Below, piece after piece: positions 50,397-59,756 of a stretch of DNA of 64,000 nucleotides. The DNA lies in sequence record SRR31156797_707; one strand, given 5' to 3'. Both the position numbers and the translations under genes were made by a program. The stretch's first letter is position 1. Each line of letters starts with the position of its first letter. The notes under the pieces are model-generated. The model had not been told where the DNA came from. It saw only the letters and a program-made list of their open reading frames with translations, and searched no databases.

Positions 50397-52158
50397 CTTT
50401 TACCTCCAGAAATGCAACGGCATCGTCTATCGTATCTATTCTCGGCACATCTTTTAGCACAGTAGAAAAATATTTTCCATAATTTTTCGTATCAATACGC
50501 TTATCAAGCACTACCCAGACACCTTTGTCGTCTTCGTGTCTGAGCAGTCTCCCCACTGCCTGACGATAGTATATCACAGCACGTGGGAGAAAATAATCCA
50601 TAAATGGCTCCTGACCTTTTTTTCGCACACTCTCCGCCTGCTCTTTCAGAACAAGGTCATTTGGGTATTCGAAAGGGAGCTTATCAAGAACTACATAAGA
50701 TATTCCTGTATGTGCGAAATCCATACCTTCCCTAAAAACTGCACAGCCGACAAATATTGTATCAGTCAGCCCTCCAGTATCTTTGATATCTATATCTCGC
50801 TGAGAGTAGACCTGCCCCGGGCGAATCTCTTTCAGCATCTTTGTTAGCTTAAACATACGCCCAACAGAGTTACAGATGATCAGTACAGAACCTTTCGCCT
50901 TTTCAGCCAGCTCTATGTAAAATTCATCACTATTCTCAGCTACCAACAGCCTCCCCTGTTTTTCGAAATCAAACACAGGGTCGAGGTTAAGTTTCGCTAT
51001 CTCCTCTGGGTCGTAACCAGTTTCAGACAGAAAATAGCTGAAATTACCTTTACCTGAAAGTGTAGCACTCACAAATACGGGCGAGAGGCTGGCGTTCTTT
51101 ATCCCCTCACGAAGTTTATCAGACGCATCAAGAGGCATATATCTGAGAAAGACATCTCCCCTCTCCTGTTCGATAATGCGCACACCCTCACTATCACCTA
51201 AAACAACAGTAGCAGCTTCAAGTAGACGTTTATGAAGGGTGGAAAGTTCATCAGAGTCCTTCTCTCCGATCGACTTATTTACATACTCTATATATGGCAG
51301 AACAGCACCTTTAAGCTCGCTTGTATATGTACGCTCTTTAACTGTTTCAAGCAGTCCTGCCAGCATACCGGCGGAAAGCTCTATCTCTCTCGGGTCGAAT
51401 AGGTGTCTGTTTTCATTCATAAGCTTGAGGAAACTTCTAAGGGAAAGCTCTGTTCCGGCAAATCTAGGAAAGATATCAGGTATCGAATGAGCCTCGTCCA
51501 TGATTATATGGTCAGCGAAATCAAATATAGATGCGTGTTCGCTCTCTGATTTCAGTGCAAAATCACTCATCAGGAGATAGTGGTTAGTAATCACTATGTC
51601 AGCGGCGTTCGCTTGCTCTTTCGCTCTGTAAAAAGAACAGATATCGTAAAATTCGCACTTAGAGGCTGGGCACTGCCACGAATCTGTTGATATATGATCT
51701 ATCTCGTGAGGAGTGAAAACACCCACCGGAATCTCAATAATCTCTTCATCAACAACAGATTCATACCACTTCAAAACCTTTTCAAACCTGCCCTGATTAG
51801 TATAAACAAACCTGAAAAAACGTAGATGGCAGAAATAGTTTCTTCGCCCTTTAAGAACTGCGACAAACTTATCCTCATCAAACATCTGAGCAACGACAGG
51901 GATATCCTTCCCTGCGATCTGCGACATAAGCTGTTTGGTTTTAGTAGATATGATGGTTCGCCTCCCAAGCTCGAAAGCGGGGATGAGATATGCGAAGGTT
52001 TTACCAGAACCAGTAGGGGCTTCCAGCACGGACGGAACATGATCCTTCATAGAGTTAAAGATGAATTCAGCCGCATCAGCCTGTGCTTCTCTCTGCCTGT
52101 ATCTAGGCAAAATCTGAGCCAACTGACCGTCTTCGCTGAAATATTTATTCATTGACAT
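50377..52158 (-). CDS. ATP-dependent DNA helicase, DinG/YoaA family (FeS)
   Basis: APTGSGKT, KGRRNYFC, Cys cluster, DEAH, SATL and QAVGRLLR motifs; start reassigned to ATG 52158. Confidence 0.93.
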   Translation of the reverse strand: MSMNKYFSEDGQLAQILPRYRQREAQADAAEFIFNSMKDHVPSVLEAPTGSGKTFAYLIPAFELGRRTIISTKTKQLMSQIAGKDIPVVAQMFDEDKFVAVLKGRRNYFCHLRFFRFVYTNQGRFEKVLKWYESVVDEEIIEIPVGVFTPHEIDHISTDSWQCPASKCEFYDICSFYRAKEQANAADIVITNHYLLMSDFALKSESEHASIFDFADHIIMDEAHSIPDIFPRFAGTELSLRSFLKLMNENRHLFDPREIELSAGMLAGLLETVKERTYTSELKGAVLPYIEYVNKSIGEKDSDELSTLHKRLLEAATVVLGDSEGVRIIEQERGDVFLRYMPLDASDKLREGIKNASLSPVFVSATLSGKGNFSYFLSETGYDPEEIAKLNLDPVFDFEKQGRLLVAENSDEFYIELAEKAKGSVLIICNSVGRMFKLTKMLKEIRPGQVYSQRDIDIKDTGGLTDTIFVGCAVFREGMDFAHTGISYVVLDKLPFEYPNDLVLKEQAESVRKKGQEPFMDYFLPRAVIYYRQAVGRLLRHEDDKGVWVVLDKRIDTKNYGKYFSTVLKDVPRIDTIDDAVAFLEVKDAENES

Positions 52159-52164
52159 CTGAAT

Positions 52165-52193
52165 ACAATAGTTGAATAAATCCATAGTTTCAA
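52165..52193 (-). promoter_or_regulatory. Putative sigma70 promoter at the head of the long minus-strand run
   Basis: TTGAAA-N17-TATTGT-N6-ATG. Confidence 0.55.
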
Positions 52194-52299
52194 ATATATT
52201 TGTATAAATATATCAAGTCACTCTGAATGAAATGAAGAATCTGATATTTTCAGTTCCTTCCTATACACTCAGGAAGACTAGAGAATTCGGGAATTTACT

Positions 52300-53607
52300 A
52301 TGAACAGAATATTAACAGCTCTAGCGATAATTATACTAACTTTCACCACTGCGTGCGCCAGCCCGTCAGAGGATAAAAAACCGTCAGAAAACTCATCTAG
52401 CAACAGGGAGACCCCTGTGGTAAAGGCTGTCCGAAAGATTGAGCAGTCAGTTGTAAATATCCGTACGGAAAAGGTTGTTACAAGACAAAACCCTTTCAGC
52501 GATAACCTTTTTAATGATAATTTCTTCAACGACTTCTTCGGATTTAACAGAACATATAAAACCCAGTCACTCGGCTCCGGAGTAATGATAAAATCAGACG
52601 GTACAATCATAACTAACTTTCACGTTGTAAAAGGTTCAACTAAGGTAATAGTTATGTTTGACGAGCAGACATACGAAGCTGAATACCTGGGCGGTGATGA
52701 AATAATCGACATCGCAGTCCTTAAGGTTAAAGACGCAAAACAGAGCTTCCCTACTGCGCAAACTGGCGACAGCGAAGACATTATGCTCGGCGAAACTGTA
52801 ATCGCTATGGGTAACCCTTACGGTCTAAGCAGCTCTATAACAACTGGTATCGTCAGCTCAAATAACAGAGTTATTAACATAGGTAACGGCTACTCAGTCT
52901 TCATCCAGACAGACGCACTTATCAACCCGGGTAACTCCGGCGGACCGCTTGTAAACCTCGACGGTGAAGTGGTCGGCATCAACACTGCTATTTTCAAAGA
53001 TGCACAAGGTATCGGTTTCTCCATACCTATAAATACAGTCCTCCGTGTCCTCCCTGAGATACTCTCAAAAGGGAAAGTACGCATGGGCTATATGGGCTTT
53101 ACTATCACCGAGGTTAAAACTAAAGAGAGTGTAAAGCTTATGGTCACTCGTGTTGAACGTAAGTCTAATGCAAACTATATCGGTGTTGAGATTGGTGATC
53201 AGATACTACAGATATCCGGCATCCCTGTTTCATCTCTTCAGGCTATGAGCAATATGCTCAGAAGCTACCCGCCAGGGTCAAATGTTTCTGTTGCTCTAAA
53301 GAGGGGTGAGAAAACGCTCAGAGGGAAAATCGCTATATCTGACTATCCTGCTGATTACGGCTTATACGTGCTTGAGCAGAACTACGGGCTTAAGTTTAAC
53401 AAAAGAGGTAAATTCATCTCTATTAATAGCATTGACACTGCAAAGTCCGGCTTTTTCAAAAAAGACGACATAGTGATTGCTGTAAACAATGACGAGATAA
53501 AGAGCATTAAAGCACTTAATGATGCAATAGTAGGAAGCCTTGGTGAAGTTGCTGTATTAAGCATATACCGTGATAGCGGGCTAATCAGAGTGAAACTTCC
53601 GCTGTAG
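52300..53607 (+). CDS. HtrA/DegQ family serine protease with PDZ domains, probable lipoprotein
   Basis: Lipobox-like TTAC; catalytic TNFHVV, DIAVLK and NPGNSGG; C-terminal PDZ domains. Confidence 0.93.
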   Translation: MNRILTALAIIILTFTTACASPSEDKKPSENSSSNRETPVVKAVRKIEQSVVNIRTEKVVTRQNPFSDNLFNDNFFNDFFGFNRTYKTQSLGSGVMIKSDGTIITNFHVVKGSTKVIVMFDEQTYEAEYLGGDEIIDIAVLKVKDAKQSFPTAQTGDSEDIMLGETVIAMGNPYGLSSSITTGIVSSNNRVINIGNGYSVFIQTDALINPGNSGGPLVNLDGEVVGINTAIFKDAQGIGFSIPINTVLRVLPEILSKGKVRMGYMGFTITEVKTKESVKLMVTRVERKSNANYIGVEIGDQILQISGIPVSSLQAMSNMLRSYPPGSNVSVALKRGEKTLRGKIAISDYPADYGLYVLEQNYGLKFNKRGKFISINSIDTAKSGFFKKDDIVIAVNNDEIKSIKALNDAIVGSLGEVAVLSIYRDSGLIRVKLPL

Positions 53608-53819
53608 TAATTAATCCATATGTTCTTTAAAGAAAACTTTCGGATCGAAATAAACTGATGCCCTCTGTTACGATAGGCTCCGAAAACATCCTGAAAACGA
53701 TTTGCAATCTCTTTATACGATCGGATGTTTTTTACTGTATGAAATGGTGATGAAAGTTTAATATCAAAGCCAGTAGAGGCGGATACCGAGCATGGGAGTA
53801 AAATTAATAAACACTCAAC

Positions 53820-54983
53820 CTATTTAGCGTAAATATTCAGCTCGCCAGCGTCCGTACCAAAGATAATTGCCGATATATCGCTACCTTTTCTCGCCGCTGT
53901 AATCTCTGTGCTAAGAGTACCGCTGAATCTTATCGAACCAGCCTTTTCAGCAGCAGAATCATCAATTGTGACAATCTGAATACTTCTCTTTGATGCATCA
54001 GGTACTAAAACCTCTGGCTTACCATCACTATCAGTATCCACTATCAGCCCCATACCTAGATTGGCTGAACCTATAGAGTGACTGGAGTAAGACCGTATAT
54101 ATGTTTTTCTGACGAGTCTGTTGCTCTCAGGAACGAGAAATTCAAGAGTTCCGCCGATGTGAGGTGTTACAACATTAACTATTCCGGTAAAATCGCCAAA
54201 ATCAGCCGCACCGAAAACGTGCCTCCAGCGAAAGCCACGCCCAATAGACCCGCTGACATACTTTATACTGCCATCCAGCCCGAAAGACACAACCGATGCG
54301 CCTACTGAGCCGTTGCTAACCGTTGCTGTGACTTCAGGTACACCATCACCGTCAACATCAGCTAGCAAGACACCCTTCTGCTCTATAACGCCCATGTAAG
54401 AGATGTCTTTTAGTGCTATGACTTCCTTCTTATCAAGGTCAATAACAGCAAATCCTTTAGACTCTGTGCTGTCGCCTAAAACACCGTGGGTATAATCTTT
54501 TGTCGGATTAACCAGCAGAGCGGCGTAACCATAACCAACTGCGATTTCATTATCATAGGTGGCATTCACCATGAGAGTCTTACCGCCTATGTGGAGTGCT
54601 CCTCTGCTGTCTATATACAGTTGCCCATCTTTAGTATCTTTCGGTGATGACATACGGGAAGTACCCAGACTTACTCTCCCTGTGTAAATTTCCGCATGGG
54701 TGTTTTGCTGTATATTTGTCAGCCTGACACTCGTTTTACCATTTAACACTGAGACCTTATAAAGCCTGCCGTTATCGGAAAGTACATTTATGTTTATACC
54801 GTCACCATCTTCTACGGTGCTAAGGCGGGCAGGTACAAAACCTAGCCTAACTTTAATAAACTCTGACTTATCTATATTGAACTCGCCAGATGCGTATCTA
54901 TTATTAGTAGAGAATGTACTGTCAGCCATTGCCGAAAATGCATATATGCTTACTGACACAAGTATTAAGATTATTTTTATCAT
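53820..54983 (-). CDS. Secreted hypothetical protein with FG-GAP/VCBS-like repeats
   Basis: Signal peptide ending AMA; DVDGDGVPE and DTDSDGKPE Ca-binding-type loops. Confidence 0.7.
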   Translation of the reverse strand: MIKIILILVSVSIYAFSAMADSTFSTNNRYASGEFNIDKSEFIKVRLGFVPARLSTVEDGDGININVLSDNGRLYKVSVLNGKTSVRLTNIQQNTHAEIYTGRVSLGTSRMSSPKDTKDGQLYIDSRGALHIGGKTLMVNATYDNEIAVGYGYAALLVNPTKDYTHGVLGDSTESKGFAVIDLDKKEVIALKDISYMGVIEQKGVLLADVDGDGVPEVTATVSNGSVGASVVSFGLDGSIKYVSGSIGRGFRWRHVFGAADFGDFTGIVNVVTPHIGGTLEFLVPESNRLVRKTYIRSYSSHSIGSANLGMGLIVDTDSDGKPEVLVPDASKRSIQIVTIDDSAAEKAGSIRFSGTLSTEITAARKGSDISAIIFGTDAGELNIYAK

Positions 54984-55050
54984 ATTATAATTATATGATA
55001 TTAGTAATAAAATACAATAGAATGAAAAAAATAATATAAACTACTCTTTC

Positions 55051-55092
55051 TTGACTTGAATCAATTTAATCAGCCAGAAAATACCCTATTCT
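55051..55092 (+). promoter_or_regulatory. FNR/CRP-family box with class II promoter geometry upstream of hcp
   Basis: TTGAC-TTGA-ATCAA at 55051-55064; -10 TATTCT at 55087-55092; box centred at -41.5 from a predicted +1 at 55099. Confidence 0.75.
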
Positions 55093-55126
55093 CCTAACAT
55101 CAGATAAAACAAAGGAGGAACTACAC

Positions 55127-56758
55127 ATGGGTATGTTCTGTTATCAGTGTCAGGAAGCAGCAAAAAACACAGGCTGTACAGTAAAAGGTGTTTGTGGTAA
55201 AGCAGACGATACTGCAAATCTTCAAGACGCACTTGTTTATGTGCTTAAAGGTCTAGCAGTTTATGCTGAGGCAGCTACTGAAAAAGGTGCTATCGACAAT
55301 AAATATGGACGTTTCGTTGGTCAGGCGCTTTTCGCTACGATCACTAACGCAAACTTCGATAATGCTAAAATCTATCAGCTTATCCAGTCAGCATGTGCTA
55401 TCAGAGACGAGCTTAAAGGTCTCGCTGGTAAAGAGATCAACGTTGAAGGCGGAAACTGGACTCCAGCTAACATAGAAGAGGCTGTTTCAGTAGGTGCTAC
55501 AAACGGTATCCTCGCTGTTGAAAACGAAGATGTTCGTTCACTCCGTGAGCTTGCTGTTTATGGTCTTAAAGGTATTGCAGCTTATGCAGATCACGCTTCT
55601 GTACTCGGTTACGAAGATGCTGTAGTTTTCGACCACATGATGACTTGTCTCGCATCCACAACTAAACCACTCTCCGTAGACGATATGATCGCTATGGTTA
55701 TGAAAACTGGTGAAGTAGCTGTTACAACTATGGCTCTTCTCGATAAAGCGAACACAGAAAGCTATGGTAATCCTGAGATCACAGAGGTTAACATAGGTGT
55801 TGGCACTAAACCTGGTATACTCATTTCCGGTCACGACCTTAAAGACCTTAAGGAACTCCTTGAGCAGACACAGGGCACAGGCGTTGATGTTTACACACAC
55901 TCCGAGATGCTCCCGGCTCACTACTACCCAGAGTTTAAAAAATACGATAACTTCGTAGGTAACTACGGGAATGCATGGTGGCAGCAGTCTGCAGAATTTG
56001 AGTCATTCAACGGTCCTATCCTTATGACTACAAACTGTATTACACCTGTAAAAGATTCATACAAAGGCAGAATGTATACAACTGGCATGGCAGGATACAC
56101 TGGTCTCACTCACATCGAAGATGCACCTGAAGGTCAGATGAAAGACTTCTCAGCTATCATCGAGCAGGCTAAATCATGCGCAGCTCCTACTTCTATCGAA
56201 GAAGGCAAGATCGTAGGCGGTTTCGCTCACGCTCAGGTTATGGCTGTTGCTGATAAAGTTGTTGAAGCTGTTAAATCCGGCGCAGTTAAGAGATTCGTAG
56301 TTATGGCTGGCTGTGACGGTCGCCATAAAGAGAGAAACTACTTCACAGAAGTTGCTGAAGAGCTCCCACAGGATTCTATCATCCTTACTGCTGGCTGTGC
56401 GAAATACCGTTACAACAAGCTTAACCTCGGCGATATCGGCGGTATCCCTAGAGTCCTTGACGCTGGTCAGTGTAACGACTCTTACTCACTCGCTGTAATC
56501 GCTCTTAAACTTATGGAAGTATTCGAACTTGATGATATTAACGATTTACCAATATCATTCGACATAGCTTGGTACGAGCAGAAGGCAGCAACTGTTCTTC
56601 TTGCGCTCCTCTACCTAGGGGTTAAAGGAATCCGCTTAGGGCCTACCCTTCCGGCATTCCTCTCACCTAATGTTGCTAAGGTTCTTGTTGATAATTTCGA
56701 CATTAAGCCTATCGGCGATGTTAAAGCTGACGTTGAAGCTATGATGGCGGGTGCGTAG
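55127..56758 (+). CDS. hcp: Hybrid cluster protein (hydroxylamine/NO reductase), class I
   Basis: C-X2-C-X8-C-X5-C N-terminal motif; [23 protein letters not shown] and WYEQK motifs. Confidence 0.98.
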   Translation: MGMFCYQCQEAAKNTGCTVKGVCGKADDTANLQDALVYVLKGLAVYAEAATEKGAIDNKYGRFVGQALFATITNANFDNAKIYQLIQSACAIRDELKGLAGKEINVEGGNWTPANIEEAVSVGATNGILAVENEDVRSLRELAVYGLKGIAAYADHASVLGYEDAVVFDHMMTCLASTTKPLSVDDMIAMVMKTGEVAVTTMALLDKANTESYGNPEITEVNIGVGTKPGILISGHDLKDLKELLEQTQGTGVDVYTHSEMLPAHYYPEFKKYDNFVGNYGNAWWQQSAEFESFNGPILMTTNCITPVKDSYKGRMYTTGMAGYTGLTHIEDAPEGQMKDFSAIIEQAKSCAAPTSIEEGKIVGGFAHAQVMAVADKVVEAVKSGAVKRFVVMAGCDGRHKERNYFTEVAEELPQDSIILTAGCAKYRYNKLNLGDIGGIPRVLDAGQCNDSYSLAVIALKLMEVFELDDINDLPISFDIAWYEQKAATVLLALLYLGVKGIRLGPTLPAFLSPNVAKVLVDNFDIKPIGDVKADVEAMMAGA

Positions 56759-56844
56759 GCGCACAGCCTAATCACTATACTGTGAATGTAGACAGTGTGC
56801 CTAACTTATCGGTTCACTTCGTTCACCTGATACGATAATGTCTT

Positions 56845-56876
56845 AAGGGTGCTTGTTTTTACAGGCGCCCTTTTTT
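56845..56876 (+). terminator. Rho-independent terminator after hcp
   Basis: AAGGGTGCTTGT-TTTT-ACAGGCGCCCTT followed by TTTT. Confidence 0.85.
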
Positions 56877-56880
56877 ATCT

Positions 56881-58392
56881 TTATCCTGATACAACTTTAT
56901 TTCGACCAGTTTCCTTCGCTTTATAAAGAGCTTTATCTGCACGCTCAAAAACAGCAGTAGGTGATTCGCCTTCTTTAGATAAAGAAAAACCGAAGCTGCA
57001 TGTCACTGTTCTGTTAATACCAAAATCAGTGGAAGCAACTCCTTTTCGTAATTTCTCAGATATTAACTTAAGCGCCTTAAGCTTTGTATCAGTGATCAAA
57101 ACACAAAACTCTTCACCGCCCCACCTTATAAGATAATCCGTATCACGTATGTTCTTTTGAAATATTTGGGTAAGTATTATCAAAACATCATCACCCTTAA
57201 CATGTCCGAAATCGTCATTTATTTTTTTAAAATGATCGATATCAGCGATAATAAAACCATACTCAGAGCTGTTGGATACAATCTCAGCTAGTTTTTCATT
57301 AAAGAAGCGTCTGTTACGAGCCTTTGTCAAAGGGTCGACGTAGATATTTTTATTTAACTCCTGAACCCTGCTCTCCATCTTGTCAATTATAGCTTTATTA
57401 GAATCAACTTCTTTAACTTTATTATTGTATTTAGCTGCATAAAGCCTTGATATATAAAACGAGAAGAAGAATGAGAATATTATGGAAATGATATAAAGAG
57501 CTACGCTCAGCGCAAACTGCTGAATATGAATATTTCTTAAATAATCACCATTAATTTTATAAAGTGCATAAAGATAATTATCGTCTGAAATGTCTATTCT
57601 TTTCCCTATCGTCCGCTGGTCACTGCTTATGTTTAAACCTGGCTCATCAATATTTACATCTGGAAATTCATTTTTAATATTTGATGGGGAAGTCTGATAT
57701 TTTGAAAATTCGAGATTTTTATCCGGGTGAAGTATATAAAAACCATCTTTATTTGTTAAATAAACATCTAGAATATCAATGGGTTTAAAGTTGCTTAAAA
57801 AATACTCTGCAAAATAGTTAATAACAACAACACCAATAACTTCACCATTTAAGCTATAGGGTTTCGCAAATCGTATAGTAGGTTTAAAGGGGGTTTCAAT
57901 TACTCCATGCTCGATATTCAGATCAATATCTGTAACCACCATGTCATTCTTTTTTGAATTCATAGCATATTTAAAATAGTCTCTGCTGCTCTTATCCTGT
58001 AGTTTATCATTTGGAAGTTTTACTATCTCTCCATCACTAGACTGTCTTTCATATCTTAATATCTCAAATCCTTTTTTGTTTATTAACCTGAACTGCATTA
58101 CATCCGGATAGGTCATAGATACAACTTTCATATATTCCTCGACATCACCCATAGAATTTTCTTTCATCTCTAAGGAGTTTACAGCTATATTAAGCATATT
58201 CTTTATCCCTTGAATATCCCTCATAAGCATACTTGTTGAAAAATCAATGTGATAAATCATATTCGATTTGAGATTATCTACAGCCTGATTTATACGCAGC
58301 CGATAACTAGTAAATGCGCTTATAAAAGAAATAGAAATACTAAAAATAAAAACTAATAAAAATATCCACAAGCGAATAGAAATATTGCTCAT
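56881..58392 (-). CDS. Membrane sensor diguanylate cyclase (Cache-like periplasmic domain plus GGDEF)
   Basis: Two transmembrane helices; DPLT..NRR, DIDHFKKIND.FGH, I-site RDTD and GGEEF. Confidence 0.95.
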   Translation of the reverse strand: MSNISIRLWIFLLVFIFSISISFISAFTSYRLRINQAVDNLKSNMIYHIDFSTSMLMRDIQGIKNMLNIAVNSLEMKENSMGDVEEYMKVVSMTYPDVMQFRLINKKGFEILRYERQSSDGEIVKLPNDKLQDKSSRDYFKYAMNSKKNDMVVTDIDLNIEHGVIETPFKPTIRFAKPYSLNGEVIGVVVINYFAEYFLSNFKPIDILDVYLTNKDGFYILHPDKNLEFSKYQTSPSNIKNEFPDVNIDEPGLNISSDQRTIGKRIDISDDNYLYALYKINGDYLRNIHIQQFALSVALYIISIIFSFFFSFYISRLYAAKYNNKVKEVDSNKAIIDKMESRVQELNKNIYVDPLTKARNRRFFNEKLAEIVSNSSEYGFIIADIDHFKKINDDFGHVKGDDVLIILTQIFQKNIRDTDYLIRWGGEEFCVLITDTKLKALKLISEKLRKGVASTDFGINRTVTCSFGFSLSKEGESPTAVFERADKALYKAKETGRNKVVSG

Positions 58393-58568
58393 ATCACACC
58401 TAACAAAAAAATAGAAATAGACAAATTTTGCTAAAAATAAAAAATAAATAATGCTTTATTAACTTAATCGCCTATGAATTTATATATAATATATCTGCAA
58501 ATAAAACTAATTACCATCTATTTATATATAAACAAGCTTAACAGCATATCTATTAAATCCCAAGTTTT

Positions 58569-58596
58569 TTGACAGTCTCTGTCTTATGTGCATAAT
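58569..58596 (+). promoter_or_regulatory. Putative sigma70 promoter for the LysE gene
   Basis: TTGACA-N16-CATAAT; SD GAGGTG downstream. Confidence 0.55.
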
Positions 58597-58613
58597 AGTG
58601 CAAGAGGTGCTAT

Positions 58614-59258
58614 ATGTCTTTTGAGCTCTGGCTGCTGTATTTTTCTACTGTTTTCATAGCTTCCATCATCCCCGGGCCAAGCATGATTCTGGCTCTCACC
58701 CACGGGATGCAGTATGGTGTTCGTAAGGCTGCTATATCATCATCTGGTGTGATTATATCAACTATGATACAGGCTGGGATATCTATCGTAGGGCTTGGCG
58801 CAGTGCTTTTAGCTTCTGAATTACTATTTATCATCATAAAGATATCAGGTGCTATATATCTCGCATATCTCGGCGTCACAATACTATTTTCTAACAGTTC
58901 GTTTTATGTAGATATTAAAACTGATCGTGCCGAACCAACAACTAACAGATTGCTCTCACAGGGGGTAATGGTTTCACTGTTTAACCCGAAAGCAGTGATC
59001 TTTTTTACGGCATTTTTCCCGCAGTTTATAGATGTATCTAAAGGGAGCTTTTCTGGCTATGCGGTACTTTTAGGCACACTTGCTGCGGTACACTTCGGGT
59101 GCAGCATGATATACGCTTTTGCAGGTAAGAAGGTTGTACTTTTCTTTAAGAATAGCAGTAGGTTGATAAGCCGGCTAATAGGTGGATTTTTCGTGATTAC
59201 AGGGCTGGCAATAATATACGATGAATTCTCTTCAAGATTTTCAGTTTCAGCAAAATAA
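58614..59258 (+). CDS. LysE/RhtB family amino acid exporter
   Basis: IPGPS, GAIYLAYLG and NPKAVIFF..FFPQF motifs. Confidence 0.93.
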   Translation: MSFELWLLYFSTVFIASIIPGPSMILALTHGMQYGVRKAAISSSGVIISTMIQAGISIVGLGAVLLASELLFIIIKISGAIYLAYLGVTILFSNSSFYVDIKTDRAEPTTNRLLSQGVMVSLFNPKAVIFFTAFFPQFIDVSKGSFSGYAVLLGTLAAVHFGCSMIYAFAGKKVVLFFKNSSRLISRLIGGFFVITGLAIIYDEFSSRFSVSAK

Positions 59259-59288
59259 GGGAAGAGCTTTCGCCCTCCCCTTTATTTT
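59252..59288 (-). terminator. Terminator between convergent genes (better stem on the minus strand)
   Basis: Minus strand GGGGAGGGC-GAAA-GCTCTTCCC-TTATTTT. Confidence 0.75.
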
Positions 59289-59293
59289 AGTTA

Positions 59294-59503
59294 TTATTCG
59301 CCAGCGATAAGGTCAAGTATCTGATCTTTAATATCGAAATACTTTTTATCATTCTCCATTACAACTGAGCGTTCTGTTGTACCGTAATCAACAACAAGCT
59401 CACGCTTAGCATCGTCAAAATTTACTGTACAAAAGTTATTAAGATTAAGAGCGAGTGCTTCACTCTCTCCTTCGAATACAAAAACGAATTTTTCGTTAAG
59501 CAT
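59294..59503 (-). CDS. Small acidic hypothetical protein (69 aa)
   Basis: SD AGAGGT, ATG start, its own terminator and no competing ORF. Confidence 0.7.
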   Translation of the reverse strand: MLNEKFVFVFEGESEALALNLNNFCTVNFDDAKRELVVDYGTTERSVVMENDKKYFDIKDQILDLIAGE

Positions 59504-59653
59504 ATTATTACCTCTAAGAATTTATAAAATCAGTAAGCCACACTTTAATAGAAAAGTATGCATATATTTTTGCAAAGTCACCACTGTGGACGACAAAACC
59601 GTAATCATAAGAAATTTTCACGGCTTACTGTCTCATCTGTGTTGCTAAAGACG

Positions 59654-59684
59654 AAAAAAGGGGAACCCGTTAAGGCTCCCCTTT
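59654..59684 (-). terminator. Rho-independent terminator after the CoA-transferase
   Basis: Minus strand AAAGGGGAGCC-TTAACG-GGTTCCCC-TTTTTT. Confidence 0.85.
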
Positions 59685-59756
59685 AGTTTGTTTAAATGTA
59701 ACCAGCTCCTGAGGCATCTTTGATGCCGATAGAGCCAATATAGGTGTACGCTAGTA

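Noticed and set aside
53820..53822. Pyrrolysine recoding of the TAG
   Set aside because: No pyl genes or supporting context in the window, and many other genes here end in TAG
59521..59600. Possible sigma54 or NtrC-type site (TGCA-N8-TGCA; TGGTGACTTTGC)
   Set aside because: The GG to GC spacing is 7 nt rather than 10 nt, and the match is weak in an AT-rich context
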